From Gemmatimonadales bacterium (lineage in GTDB: Bacteria; Gemmatimonadota; Gemmatimonadetes; Gemmatimonadales; GWC2-71-9), in NCBI GenBank assembly GCA_035299765.1, contig DATGVZ010000014.1, forward strand, positions 11,888 to 75,887: 64,000 nt of DNA. The letters run 5' to 3'. Both the position numbers and the translations under genes were made by a program. Shown here piece by piece: positions 45,408 to 54,575 of the stretch (position 1 is the stretch's first letter; every line of letters starts with the position of its first letter). Below the pieces are notes generated by a model that was not told the DNA's origin, did no database searches, and saw nothing but the letters and a program-made list of their open reading frames with translations.

Positions 45408-45830
45408 ATGAATGTGCTGCTAGTTGCGGTGCTCTTCTTAGCCGGTTTACAGGACGCGGACACGCGCGCACTGTTGCGGCTCGAGGACGATTGGGCGCGC
45501 GCCCTGGTCAAGCGCGATACGCTTGTGTTTGAACGCCTACTGGCTGCCGGGTTCGTTTACACCGAGGACGACAAGACGATGGACCGCGCAACAGTCCTGC
45601 ATGAGGTCGGTTCGGGATCGGACACGGTCACCGCGGCGCACAACGAAGCCATGCAGGTCCATCGCTTCGGCACCACCGCGCTTGTCACAGGGTGGTTGAT
45701 CGTGCAGGGGCGCGGCTCGAACGGCTCGTTCGATCGGCGCTATCGTTTCACCGACACCTGGCTGAAGCAGGGCGGTCGCTGGCAGATCGTCGGCGCGCAA
45801 GATTATCTTCTGCCCGCAACGCCCCACTGA
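45408..45830 (+). CDS. SnoaL/DUF4440-like (NTF2 superfamily) protein with signal peptide
   Basis: 140 aa. LEDDWARALVKRD...FERLLA..F.YT..D...DRA. is the DUF4440-type N-terminus. ..WLKQGGRWQIV. Confidence 0.7.
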   Translation: MNVLLVAVLFLAGLQDADTRALLRLEDDWARALVKRDTLVFERLLAAGFVYTEDDKTMDRATVLHEVGSGSDTVTAAHNEAMQVHRFGTTALVTGWLIVQGRGSNGSFDRRYRFTDTWLKQGGRWQIVGAQDYLLPATPH

Positions 45831-45834
45831 GCCC

Positions 45835-46299
45835 ATGGCCAAGACGGTTCACGTAGTGCTGATCGTCATCGGGATCATGCTTGGACTGATCGTCTGCGTC
45901 GGCGCGCTCGGCTATCTCTGGTGGCGACACAATGGCCCGGCGATGGTCCAGGAGGCGCAGCAGACGTACAAGGAGGGGCAGGCCATCGGGCGCTCCAGTA
46001 CGACCGCGGCCTGTCTCGATTCGGCGTTTGCACGGCACGCGAGCGACCATTCCGCGTCGCTGGTGCATCAGGTCAACGAGCAGATGTTTTTCGAAGGCTG
46101 CCTCAGATGGAGCCGCGAGACCCCGGGACTCTGTGATACGATTCCCTCGGGACACGGAGTGAAGGATGTGCTCCGCTTTGCGACCTGGAGCGTAGACCAA
46201 TGCCGTCGACGCGGCCTCCAAGACTCCGGGTGTCCGAACGTTTTCAAACCGCTCGAGCACTACTGCCAGCGGCGCACCGCGCCGGAGGGTACACGCTAG
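45835..46299 (+). CDS. hypothetical membrane-anchored Cys-rich protein
   Basis: 154 aa. One TM helix and six Cys in the soluble part. No family recognised. Confidence 0.5.
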   Translation: MAKTVHVVLIVIGIMLGLIVCVGALGYLWWRHNGPAMVQEAQQTYKEGQAIGRSSTTAACLDSAFARHASDHSASLVHQVNEQMFFEGCLRWSRETPGLCDTIPSGHGVKDVLRFATWSVDQCRRRGLQDSGCPNVFKPLEHYCQRRTAPEGTR

Positions 46300-46327
46300 A
46301 TTGTGTAGTCACTTTGGGGAGTGTTGA

Positions 46328-46597
46328 ATGGGCTTCATTCCCGATTGGGCGCTCGGTGTCGGGGTCATCATTATCGCGGTCACGGCGGCAAAGACGCTGT
46401 CCGGGATGTTACGCATGATGAGCATCCGTGCCGCCGCGCGAAACCTGACGCCATCCGATGAAGAAATCAGCGAATTGCGCCAGTCGCTCGACGCGGTGCA
46501 GAATCGGCTATCTGAAGTGGAGGAGCGCCTCGACTTCACGGAGCGGCTGCTGGCCAAGCAGCGCGACGCCGAGCGCCTCGGATCTCCACCGCGCTGA
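46328..46597 (+). CDS. hypothetical small membrane protein with C-terminal coiled coil
   Basis: 89 aa. TM helix then SDEEISELRQSLDAVQNRLSEVEERLDFTERLL. GGGGAG SD 6-8 nt upstream. Confidence 0.5.
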   Translation: MGFIPDWALGVGVIIIAVTAAKTLSGMLRMMSIRAAARNLTPSDEEISELRQSLDAVQNRLSEVEERLDFTERLLAKQRDAERLGSPPR

Positions 46598-46611
46598 CCG
46601 GTTCCCTGCCG

Positions 46612-46992
46612 ATGCCACCGACTGTTCGAAACGGTAAGATCTGTTACCTCGAGATTCCCGCGGCAGACGTCCGCAGGTCGTCGGAGTTCTACCATGCGGT
46701 TTTCGGCTGGAATATTCGCCGGCGCGGTGACGATCACCTCGCGTTCGACGATGCCGTCGGAGAGGTCAGTGGCTCCTGGGTCACCGGTCGGCCGGCGTCG
46801 CCCCAGCCCGGACTCCTCGTATACATCATGGTCGACAGCGTGGCCGCAACGGTGAAAGCCGTCGTCGCTAACGGCGGCGAAATCGTCCAGCCGATCGGCG
46901 CCGACGCGCCGGAGATCACCGCGCGGTTTCGAGATCCGGGTGGCAACGTCGTTGGCCTCTATCAGGAGCCGAATCGGTCGAGCGCCGGGTGA
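46612..46992 (+). CDS. VOC (glyoxalase/bleomycin-resistance) family protein
   Basis: 126 aa. ..YLEIPAADVRRSSEFYHAVFGW.. and ..FRDPGGNVVGLYQ. Confidence 0.8.
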   Translation: MPPTVRNGKICYLEIPAADVRRSSEFYHAVFGWNIRRRGDDHLAFDDAVGEVSGSWVTGRPASPQPGLLVYIMVDSVAATVKAVVANGGEIVQPIGADAPEITARFRDPGGNVVGLYQEPNRSSAG

Positions 46993-48587
46993 GGTTGCGC
47001 GGCGCGGTCTTCGTTGCGTTGGGAGTGATGGCGTGCGGACGACCGGATGCCAGCAAATCGAGCGCGCAGCTCTCCGGACAACAGCTCGCCGAGCGCTACT
47101 GCCAGTCCTGTCATCTCCTTCCTGTTCCTTCGCAGCTCGCCCGCGAGACGTGGGAACGCTGGATGTTGCCGAGGATGGCCCGCCGGCTTGGCGTGAGAGA
47201 CGTCACCTGGCCCGCGAACCAGGAGCCGGTCGAGGGCGGAGAAGGTGGTCGACGAATTCGCGAGGCGGGCGTGTATCCCGACACGCCACGCATCTCCCGC
47301 GCCGATTGGGACAAGCTGGCGGCGTACTATCTCAAAGAAGCCCCCGAATCGCTACCTCACGCGGCGACCCCGCCGGTCACCATGGGACTGCCCGGATTCC
47401 GCGTGCGGCTTCCCGACTTTCAGATCAAGAGTCCGATGGTCACGTTGGTGCACGTCGATTCCGCACATCGCAGGATCTACGTGGGCGATGCCACTCCGGG
47501 GCATAGCACGCTCTCGGTTCTCGACAGCCGAGGCCACGCGAGGAAGATCTTCCCGATCCCGTCTCCGGTTTCGCATCTCCAGCTCTTTGGCGACACGCTC
47601 GGCGTCCTGCTGATGGGAAAGCTCGAGCCGCACGATGCTGCGCTCGGCACGCTCGGCCTCGTTTCCGCGTGGCGCCCTGGTGCCAACCCTGCGATCGCCT
47701 GGAGGATCGATAGTCTGCAGCGGCCGGTGTACGCCTCGTACGCCGATCTCAATGGAGATGGGATCGCGGACGTCGTGGTCAGCGAGTTTGGCAATCTCAC
47801 CGGCAGCCTGACGTGGTACGAACGGCTACGTGGCGGCGGCAGCCGGCGCCACCTCCTCACTCCTCAACCGGGCGCGCTGACGACGATCGTCGGCGATTTC
47901 GACGGCGACGGACGTCCCGACATTCTGTCCTTGATGGCGCAGGGGGATGAGGGGATATCGCTCTTTCACGGTCAACCGAACGGGGGGGGCGACTTTTCGA
48001 GAGAGGTCCTGCTGCGCTTTCCCCCGTCGTACGGATCCACCTCGATGCAGCTGGTGGACATGAACTGCGACGGTTATCCCGACATCGTCTACACCAACGG
48101 CGATGCCGGGGACTACCCTGGGCCGCCGAAGCCGTATCACGGAATCCGCATTTTCCTGAACGACGGGCACTGGCACTTCACAGAGAAGTATTTCTTTCCG
48201 ATGCCCGGTGTGATGAAAGCCATCGCGCGTGATTTCGATGGCGATGGGAACGTCGATATCGCGGCCATCTCGTTTTTTACGGATGACACGAGGGGTGCGC
48301 CCCTTCCTTTTGTTTTTCTCAAGAACACGGGAGGCCTGCACTTCACGGCGCGGACGTTCGCCGAGGCCAGTCGCGGGCGTTGGCTCGTGATGGATGCGGG
48401 CGACATCGATGGCGATGGCGACGACGACATCGTGCTGGGCTCATTCGCGCAGCCCGATGCTCAGCCCGACCCTCGCCAGCTCTCGGCACCGTGGCACCAG
48501 CCGGGCGCGCCAACGGTCATAATCCTCGAGAACATTCTTGACACACCCAGGAAGGCCTGTAATCGTGAGCAAGGGCCACTGAGGTGA
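46989..48587 (+). CDS. FG-GAP/VCBS-repeat protein with N-terminal CxxCH (heme c-type) motif
   Basis: 532 aa. Lipoprotein-like leader (GVMACG), CQSCH at residues ~38-42, and at least five D-x-[DN]-x-D-G-x-x-D repeats (DLNGDGIADV, DFDGDGRPDI, DMNCDGYPDI, DFDGDGNVDI, DIDGDGDDDI). Confidence 0.8.
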   Translation: MRLRGAVFVALGVMACGRPDASKSSAQLSGQQLAERYCQSCHLLPVPSQLARETWERWMLPRMARRLGVRDVTWPANQEPVEGGEGGRRIREAGVYPDTPRISRADWDKLAAYYLKEAPESLPHAATPPVTMGLPGFRVRLPDFQIKSPMVTLVHVDSAHRRIYVGDATPGHSTLSVLDSRGHARKIFPIPSPVSHLQLFGDTLGVLLMGKLEPHDAALGTLGLVSAWRPGANPAIAWRIDSLQRPVYASYADLNGDGIADVVVSEFGNLTGSLTWYERLRGGGSRRHLLTPQPGALTTIVGDFDGDGRPDILSLMAQGDEGISLFHGQPNGGGDFSREVLLRFPPSYGSTSMQLVDMNCDGYPDIVYTNGDAGDYPGPPKPYHGIRIFLNDGHWHFTEKYFFPMPGVMKAIARDFDGDGNVDIAAISFFTDDTRGAPLPFVFLKNTGGLHFTARTFAEASRGRWLVMDAGDIDGDGDDDIVLGSFAQPDAQPDPRQLSAPWHQPGAPTVIILENILDTPRKACNREQGPLR

Positions 48588-49006
48588 ACATCGATTCCAA
48601 TAGTGAACCGCGCGCTCTCCGCACCGTCGCTCTGGTGGCGGCAGTCGTCGGCGCGGTAGGCTCGATCGCCTTCATACTGCGCGTCGGTCACCGCAACAAG
48701 TCGATTGTTCTGCTGGCGATGTTCGTGCTCTGGGACGTTGCACCGTTTGTCGGCCTGCTCCTCGCTCATCGAGCTTCACGGCTTTGGGCGAGCAGCGCTC
48801 GAGCGGCTCTCTACCGGGTGACGCTGCTTGTCACGCTGGCCTCGCTGGCGATCTACGGCGTCGTTGCTCTAGGGCCGCCGAGGCCGAAGCCGGCGTCATG
48901 GTTTCTCATCGTTCCTGTCGCGTCATGGTTCCTGATCGGGGTCGTTCTCCGGATGTCACGACCTTCTTCTCCTCCGAGGGCTCCGGCCAGTGAAGCGCAC
49001 CCCTGA
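48584..49006 (+). CDS. hypothetical integral membrane protein (4 predicted TM)
   Basis: 140 aa. GTGA overlap with the upstream stop. Hydrophobic segments only. Confidence 0.5.
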   Translation: MNIDSNSEPRALRTVALVAAVVGAVGSIAFILRVGHRNKSIVLLAMFVLWDVAPFVGLLLAHRASRLWASSARAALYRVTLLVTLASLAIYGVVALGPPRPKPASWFLIVPVASWFLIGVVLRMSRPSSPPRAPASEAHP

Positions 49007-49352
49007 GTTGCGGCTCCGTAAGTATTTCGCATCGCTACCGGCGCTGGCGCGCAGGCGCCTCAAGGCGCTGCGGTCGGCGATTCGCGCCGCCGCTCCCGGC
49101 GCCACCCATGAATTCAGCTACGGGATTCCCGCCTTCCGCCTCGATGGACGTATTCTGGTTTGGTATGCCGCATGGAAGGAACACGTCAGCCTCTACCCAC
49201 TGCGCGCGGCATTTAAACGGGCCAATAGAAAGGCCCTGAAACGGTACAAGATCTCCAAGGGCACGATTCGCTTCCCACTCGATCAGCCGCCGGCGGCAGC
49301 GCTGGTTAAGAGATTCGTGAAAGCGCGAATTGCAGAGCTCCGTGCGTCCTGA
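48990..49352 (+). CDS. DUF1801 (YdhG-like) domain protein
   Basis: 120 aa. ..[26 protein letters not shown]...[11 protein letters not shown].. is the typical DUF1801 pattern. Confidence 0.7.
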   Translation: MKRTPELRLRKYFASLPALARRRLKALRSAIRAAAPGATHEFSYGIPAFRLDGRILVWYAAWKEHVSLYPLRAAFKRANRKALKRYKISKGTIRFPLDQPPAAALVKRFVKARIAELRAS

Positions 49353-49686
49353 GCGAATTCTGATTCTCGCGGCAGCACTCGTTGCCTGTCATCGGCCCAC
49401 AGAAGTCCACGGCCTGTATGTGAACCAGGACGGCGCGGGATCGTTCTTCCCCTGTGACGACCCGAGCACCCGCATCGTGGTTCAGGATTCGGCACTGGAG
49501 ACTCGGTACCACAAGGCTGCGACGTTGCCCCCCCAGGCGGTGTTCGTGCGTCTTCGCGGGGTGAACGGGCACGAGGGAAGCATCTACGGTGGACAGCGTT
49601 TCTTTGAGGTTCAGCAGATTCTCGAAGTGCGGGCGCGGGGGAGCGGTGAGTGCCCACGCGTCGCGCAACCGGCGCCTCTGCCGTAA
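49330..49686 (+). CDS. hypothetical lipoprotein
   Basis: Lipobox LVAC. Start is TTG 49330 or GTG 49342. No family recognised. Confidence 0.5.
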   Translation: MQSSVRPERILILAAALVACHRPTEVHGLYVNQDGAGSFFPCDDPSTRIVVQDSALETRYHKAATLPPQAVFVRLRGVNGHEGSIYGGQRFFEVQQILEVRARGSGECPRVAQPAPLP

Positions 49687-49711
49687 AAACCATAGGTGAT
49701 GACGCCTGTGA

Positions 49712-50338
49712 ATGCTCTCAGCTGCTGAAGCGCTCGCGCGACTGCGCGATGGGAATCGCCGCGTCGTGCAGGGAGTGCACGACCACAATACTACCGGCCG
49801 CCGCCTTACGCTTTCGCAGACGCAGGAACCCTTCGCCATCATTCTCGGGTGTTCTGATGCACGCGTTCCGGCGGAGTTGGTGTTCGGGCAGGGATTCGGC
49901 GATCTCTTCGTGATCCGCGTCGCCGGGAACATCGTCGCGCCGTCGCAGGTCGGCAGCGTGGAATTCGCCGCCGAGCGCTTCGGTACGCGGCTCGTGGTCG
50001 TCTTGGGGCATACCGACTGCGGTGCGATCATAGCGACCGTTGAAGAACTGCGGCGTCCGACGCGGGACCAATCACCTGGATTGCGCGCGATCGTCGACCG
50101 GATTAGACCCGCGGTGGAACCGCTCCTCTCGGCGTCGGATGATGCGCGATCCGAGACGCTCGTGGCGCATGCCGTGCGCGCCAACATCCGCGCTGCGGCG
50201 GACCACCTGCGTCAGGGCTCTCACGTGCTCGAGCGTCTCGTTCAGCGGGACGGACTGGCCATCGTGGGTGCCGAGTACTGCCTCCAGACGGGCGTCGTGG
50301 ACTTCTTCGAAAGAGTGCCGGGCGAAGCAGCGCGATGA
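49712..50338 (+). CDS. beta-class carbonic anhydrase
   Basis: 208 aa. Zinc ligand motifs CSDARV and HTDCGA. Confidence 0.92.
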   Translation: MLSAAEALARLRDGNRRVVQGVHDHNTTGRRLTLSQTQEPFAIILGCSDARVPAELVFGQGFGDLFVIRVAGNIVAPSQVGSVEFAAERFGTRLVVVLGHTDCGAIIATVEELRRPTRDQSPGLRAIVDRIRPAVEPLLSASDDARSETLVAHAVRANIRAAADHLRQGSHVLERLVQRDGLAIVGAEYCLQTGVVDFFERVPGEAAR

Positions 50339-50631
50339 ACGCCGTTCTTCGAACCACTGACCGGTCGCTCATCGAGAGCGTGCGACTCGCCCTCGAGGCT
50401 GAGGGAATTGCGGTAGTGCTCGATCAGGAATCGGGCGCCATTCCGTTCGTCCCGGTCACGGTCTTTGTGGCGGAGTCGGATTTTGACCGCGCCCGGCAAA
50501 TAGTCCGAGACCTGGCTCCTCCGCTCACGGTCGTGAAGGACGATCAGCCGGCGCCGCGGCTTTGGCGTGTGGCGCTCATCGCCATCGTGATCCTCATCCT
50601 CATCCTGTGTGGGCGGATATTCATTGGATGA
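50335..50631 (+). CDS. DUF2007-like small protein with C-terminal TM helix
   Basis: 98 aa. ATGA overlap with the carbonic anhydrase stop. N-terminal beta-alpha-beta pattern (..SLIESVRLALEAEGIAVVL..) and a C-terminal hydrophobic helix. Confidence 0.5.
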   Translation: MNAVLRTTDRSLIESVRLALEAEGIAVVLDQESGAIPFVPVTVFVAESDFDRARQIVRDLAPPLTVVKDDQPAPRLWRVALIAIVILILILCGRIFIG

Positions 50632-50894
50632 ACGCAGCGCCTGATCCCAAGAGAACGTCGTGGACCGGCCAGGCCTTTATGATCCTCGCCGCACTCACGG
50701 CGCTGCTGTGGTTTCTCCAAGTGCGGCGCGCGCCGGTGCAGCTGCTGGAGCGGCGCGATTGCGAGAATGCCTACGCCGCCGCACACACCCACGCCGACAC
50801 CCTCGCCGCCGACGCGAGACAGCCTCTGGGGGCGACGCGCATCGATAGTCTCGCGTTCACCTGTGGAACCCTCCGCAGGAGCGGCCGTCTATGA
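50628..50894 (+). CDS. hypothetical small membrane protein
   Basis: 88 aa from ATG 50628 (ATGA overlap). One TM helix. No family. Confidence 0.4.
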   Translation: MNAAPDPKRTSWTGQAFMILAALTALLWFLQVRRAPVQLLERRDCENAYAAAHTHADTLAADARQPLGATRIDSLAFTCGTLRRSGRL

Positions 50895-50968
50895 ACAAGC
50901 GGTCGCCATGCTGCCGGGCTCGGATACATTAGGGGTCCGCGACGCAAACACTCCATGACGGAAGGGAT

Positions 50969-51391
50969 ATGAAGAGGAAGCCATCCGCAAAGAAGAAGAA
51001 AAAGGCTGCACCGAGGCACAAGTTCACGCGGGGACTATATGGATGCATCACGCACACGGATCTCGCGAGCACCGACCCCGCCGCGACGAGAGACTGGTGC
51101 GCGAAGGTCCTCGGCTGGACGTTCAGGCCCGGCTTCCCGATGCCCGGCGGCGGCGAGTACCACCTGTTTGCGTACTCCGAGAAGGGCGGCGGTGGGATTC
51201 GCTCGACGATGCCGCCCGAGGAGCCGAGTAGTCTGCCCTACATCCATGTCGCCGACGCACGAGCGGCGTTCGAAAAGGCGCTGCGTGAAGGTGCGGAGCA
51301 AGTGTCACCGGTCGAGCGCGTGATGGAGGGCGTCACGATCGCCGTCGTCCGCGCCCCGGGCGGCGTGCTGATCGGGTTCTCCGGTCCCTGA
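50969..51391 (+). CDS. VOC/glyoxalase-like protein with polybasic N-terminal tail
   Basis: 140 aa. MKRKPSAKKKKKAAPRHK, then ..HTDLASTDPAATRDWCAKVLGW.. GGAAGGG SD upstream. Confidence 0.6.
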   Translation: MKRKPSAKKKKKAAPRHKFTRGLYGCITHTDLASTDPAATRDWCAKVLGWTFRPGFPMPGGGEYHLFAYSEKGGGGIRSTMPPEEPSSLPYIHVADARAAFEKALREGAEQVSPVERVMEGVTIAVVRAPGGVLIGFSGP

Positions 51392-51425
51392 GTCGCGCCC
51401 GCGACCGCCGTGACGTGAGCGCCGC

Positions 51426-52070
51426 CTGAAGCTGCGCTGCCAAGGGTTTCTGTTTGATCTCGATGGCGTGCTTGTCGACTCCCGCGAGGTGGTCGAGCGC
51501 ACCTGGCGCCGCTGGGCACAACGCCACGGCGTCGACGCCGAGCAGTTTATCCGCATCGCGCACGGCCGCCGCGCGCGCGACACCTTGCGGGACATCGATC
51601 CCCGGTTCGCGACGGACGCGGAAGTGGCGTGGCTCGATGCCGCTGAGCTGAAGGACGTCCACAGCCTGCGCGCGGTGCCGGGGGCGAAGCAGTTTCTCTC
51701 GCAGTTGCCGCCGTCGCGGTGGGGGATCGTGACCTCCTGCAGTCGCAGTCTTGCCGAGCTGCGACTCCGCGCGGACCATATACCGCTGCCACATGTTTTC
51801 GTGGTCAGCGAGGACGTGAAGGTCGGCAAGCCGGCACCGGACGGCTATCGCCTCGGCGCGAAGCGGCTGGGGCTGGACCCCGCCGCGTGCATCGTCTTCG
51901 AAGACGCGCCGGCGGGAGTCGCCGCGGCTCACGCGGCCGGTGCGACCGTCGTCGCCCTCACCACCACGCATGTCCCCGACCAATTGCGCCACGTCGCGGC
52001 CATGATTGCCGACTTCGCGCACGTGCGCGTCGCTGCGCGAGACGGCGGCTTCATCGTCGCGATTCCATGA
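51426..52070 (+). CDS. HAD-IA family hydrolase (beta-phosphoglucomutase/phosphatase-like), probable CTG start
   Basis: Motif I FDLDGVLVDS (nucleophile Asp codon 51456-51458), motif II IVTSCS, motif III VGKPAPD, motif IV FEDAPAG. The first canonical start (GTG 51468) lies after motif I. In-frame CTGs at 51426, 51432 and 51450 follow the stop at 51411. Confidence 0.8.
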   Translation: MKLRCQGFLFDLDGVLVDSREVVERTWRRWAQRHGVDAEQFIRIAHGRRARDTLRDIDPRFATDAEVAWLDAAELKDVHSLRAVPGAKQFLSQLPPSRWGIVTSCSRSLAELRLRADHIPLPHVFVVSEDVKVGKPAPDGYRLGAKRLGLDPAACIVFEDAPAGVAAAHAAGATVVALTTTHVPDQLRHVAAMIADFAHVRVAARDGGFIVAIP

Positions 52071-53428
52071 CGCCTCCGCCGTTCACGATGACGCGCCGAT
52101 TTGGCCTGCTGCACGCCACGGCGCTCAACATGACGAACATGATCGGCATCGGTCCGTTCATCACGATCCCGCTGCTCATGTCCGCACTCGGTGGTCCGCA
52201 GGCAATGCTCGGCTGGCTCGTCGCGCTGGTGATCGTCATGTGCGACAGCATGGTCTGGAGCGAGCTTGGCGCAGCCATGCCGGGATCGGGCGGCTCGTTC
52301 GGATACCTGCGGCAGGGATACGGCCCGGAGACGTTCGGCCGGCTGATGGGCTTTCTGTTTGTCTGGCAATTCGTCTTCAGTGGGCCGCTCGAGATCGCGT
52401 CGGGATACATCGGCTTCGCCAACTATCTCGGCTATCTCTGGAAGGGCATCACGGCCCGGCAGACGATGCTGGTGGTGACGATCGGCGGACTCGCGAACCT
52501 CGCGCTCCTGTACCGCCGCATCAAATCGATCGCCACGATCACCGTGACGCTCTGGATCGGCACCATCGTGACCGTGATCGCGGTTGTGGCGACGGGAGTG
52601 CGACATTTCGATCCGAAGATCGCGTTCGCTTTCCCGCCCGGAGCGTTCACCTTCTCATTGGGCTTCCTCCTCGGACTCGGCGCCGCGTCGCGGATCGGCG
52701 TCTATGACTACCTCGGCTACTACGATGTCTGCTACATCGGCGACGAGGTCGAGAATCCGGGCCGTGTCATCCCGCGCTCGATTCTGATCAGCACGCTCGC
52801 GGTCGCCGCCATTTATCTCGCCATCAATCTGTCGATCATCGGCGTCGTGCCCTGGTGCGACTTCGTTCCGGCCGCGACGCACCCGCAGTCGAACTTTATC
52901 GTGTCGATTTTCATGGAACGGATGTATGGGCCGCGCGTCGCGACGATCTTCACGGCGATGATTCTGTGGACCGCGTTCGGCTCGGTCTTCGCTCTCCTGC
53001 TCGGGTACTCGCGGGTACCGTATGCGGCGGCGAAGGACGGCTACTTCTTCAAGGTGTTCGCGCGCCTGCACACGACGGGGGGGTTCCCCTGGGTCTCCCT
53101 CGTCGTGCTCGGCGTCCTTTCGATCCTCGCCGGCTTCGTATCGCTGGGCATGGTCATCGATGCGCTGATCACGACGCGGATCCTGGTGCAATTCGTCGGC
53201 CAGATCGGTGCGTTGACCTTGCTGCGCAGTCGCGCTCCAGACATGCCGCGACCGTACCGCATGTGGCTGTACCCCTTGCCCAGCCTCGTCGCGTTACTGG
53301 GATGGATTTTCGTCTTTGCAACGACGCCATTGCCCGTGATCGCGTTCGGTCTGGGCGCGCTGCTCCTCGGCGTGATATGTTTTTGCGCGTGGTCGTGGAA
53401 AGGAAAGACGTGGCCATTCGCGGCATGA
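52067..53428 (+). CDS. APC-superfamily amino acid permease
   Basis: 453 aa from ATG 52067 (ATGA overlap). 12 predicted TM. ..NMIGIGPFITIP.. and ..SELGAAMPGSGG.. motifs. Confidence 0.88.
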   Translation: MTPPPFTMTRRFGLLHATALNMTNMIGIGPFITIPLLMSALGGPQAMLGWLVALVIVMCDSMVWSELGAAMPGSGGSFGYLRQGYGPETFGRLMGFLFVWQFVFSGPLEIASGYIGFANYLGYLWKGITARQTMLVVTIGGLANLALLYRRIKSIATITVTLWIGTIVTVIAVVATGVRHFDPKIAFAFPPGAFTFSLGFLLGLGAASRIGVYDYLGYYDVCYIGDEVENPGRVIPRSILISTLAVAAIYLAINLSIIGVVPWCDFVPAATHPQSNFIVSIFMERMYGPRVATIFTAMILWTAFGSVFALLLGYSRVPYAAAKDGYFFKVFARLHTTGGFPWVSLVVLGVLSILAGFVSLGMVIDALITTRILVQFVGQIGALTLLRSRAPDMPRPYRMWLYPLPSLVALLGWIFVFATTPLPVIAFGLGALLLGVICFCAWSWKGKTWPFAA

Positions 53429-54273
53429 GGTGGTTCGCGCTCAGCGTCTTGCTGGGGTGCGCCGCCTGCGCCGCCAACACTCCCACCGTCTCCACCACCA
53501 CCGGCTCCTGGATCCAGGTCTGGAGCGACGAGTTCGCCGGACCCGCAGGCGCCCACATCGACACAACCAAATGGCGCTTTGATCTCGGAGACGGCTGCGC
53601 GAACGGGAACTGCGGCTGGGGCAACAACGAGAAGGAATACTACCGCGACGCCTCGGAAAATATTGCGCTGAATGGCCAGGGGCAGTTGCAGATCGTGGCC
53701 CGAATCGCGCCCCCGCCCGGCGGCCTGACCTGTTACTACGGGCCGTGCCGATACACCTCGGCGAAGATCACGACGCAGCACAAAGAGTATTTCGCTCCCG
53801 GCCGTGTCGAAGCGCGCATCAAGCTTTCCGCGGGGCAGGGACTGTGGCCGGCGTTCTGGCTGCTGGGGAAATCGTTTCCGCCATGGCCCGATTGCGGCGA
53901 GCTCGATGTGATGGAGAATAAGGGAAGCGCTCCGACGAGGACCAGCTCGTCGGTGCACGGCCCGGGCTATTTCGGAAACACGCCGATCACGCATGTGCAG
54001 ACATTCGCGCGCGGGTCTGTCGCGGACGCGTTCCATACCTACGCCGTCGAATGGGACTCGCTCCACATCCGCTTCTTTGTCGATGATACCGTCCATTACG
54101 CGGTCACGCGCAGCGCAGTGGAGGCGCACGGCAGATGGGTATTCGGTCAGCCGTTTTTCGTGATCCTCAATCTTGCCGTCGGCGGCAACTTCGACGGCGA
54201 TCCACAGTCGGATGCCATCTTTCCGGCGACCATGCTCGTCGATTACGTCCGCGTGTACCGGCGGGCGCAATGA
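53425..54273 (+). CDS. glycoside hydrolase family 16 (laminarinase/beta-glucanase-like) lipoprotein
   Basis: 282 aa from ATG 53425 (ATGA overlap). Lipobox LLGCA. Catalytic GELDVME (E-x-D-x-x-E) and WPAFWLLG. Confidence 0.9.
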   Translation: MRWFALSVLLGCAACAANTPTVSTTTGSWIQVWSDEFAGPAGAHIDTTKWRFDLGDGCANGNCGWGNNEKEYYRDASENIALNGQGQLQIVARIAPPPGGLTCYYGPCRYTSAKITTQHKEYFAPGRVEARIKLSAGQGLWPAFWLLGKSFPPWPDCGELDVMENKGSAPTRTSSSVHGPGYFGNTPITHVQTFARGSVADAFHTYAVEWDSLHIRFFVDDTVHYAVTRSAVEAHGRWVFGQPFFVILNLAVGGNFDGDPQSDAIFPATMLVDYVRVYRRAQ

Positions 54274-54313
54274 GGTCGAGCCTGACGGTTAGAAAACTCT
54301 CCTCCTATCGCGG

Positions 54314-54505
54314 ATGGATCGTATGAGGGCGTATCTGATCACCACCGGCACGCTGTTTGGACTGCTCACGATCCTCCATCTCTGGCGGGTCATCGAGGAA
54401 TGGCCACATCTGGCGACGGATCCCTGGTTTCTCATCATCACGCTCGTGGCCGCGGCGCTGTGTGTCTGGGCGTGGCGTCTCTTCAGAGTGTCGCCACGGG
54501 CGTGA
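54314..54505 (+). CDS. hypothetical small two-TM membrane protein
   Basis: 63-aa ORF with two hydrophobic helices. The start may be ATG 54323. Confidence 0.45.
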   Translation: MDRMRAYLITTGTLFGLLTILHLWRVIEEWPHLATDPWFLIITLVAAALCVWAWRLFRVSPRA

Positions 54506-54575
54506 AATAGGACTCGCCGTTCTGTACGAGGACCGCCACACACGACCATTACCCCCGCGGCGCTTCGCGCTGCGG

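Noticed and set aside
50969-51030. An A-rich stretch (aagaagaagaaaaag) encoding KKKKK at the N-terminus of a VOC protein, considered as a slippery or frameshift site.
   Set aside because: There is no downstream alternative-frame ORF of any length or conservation. It is more simply a polybasic N-terminal tail.
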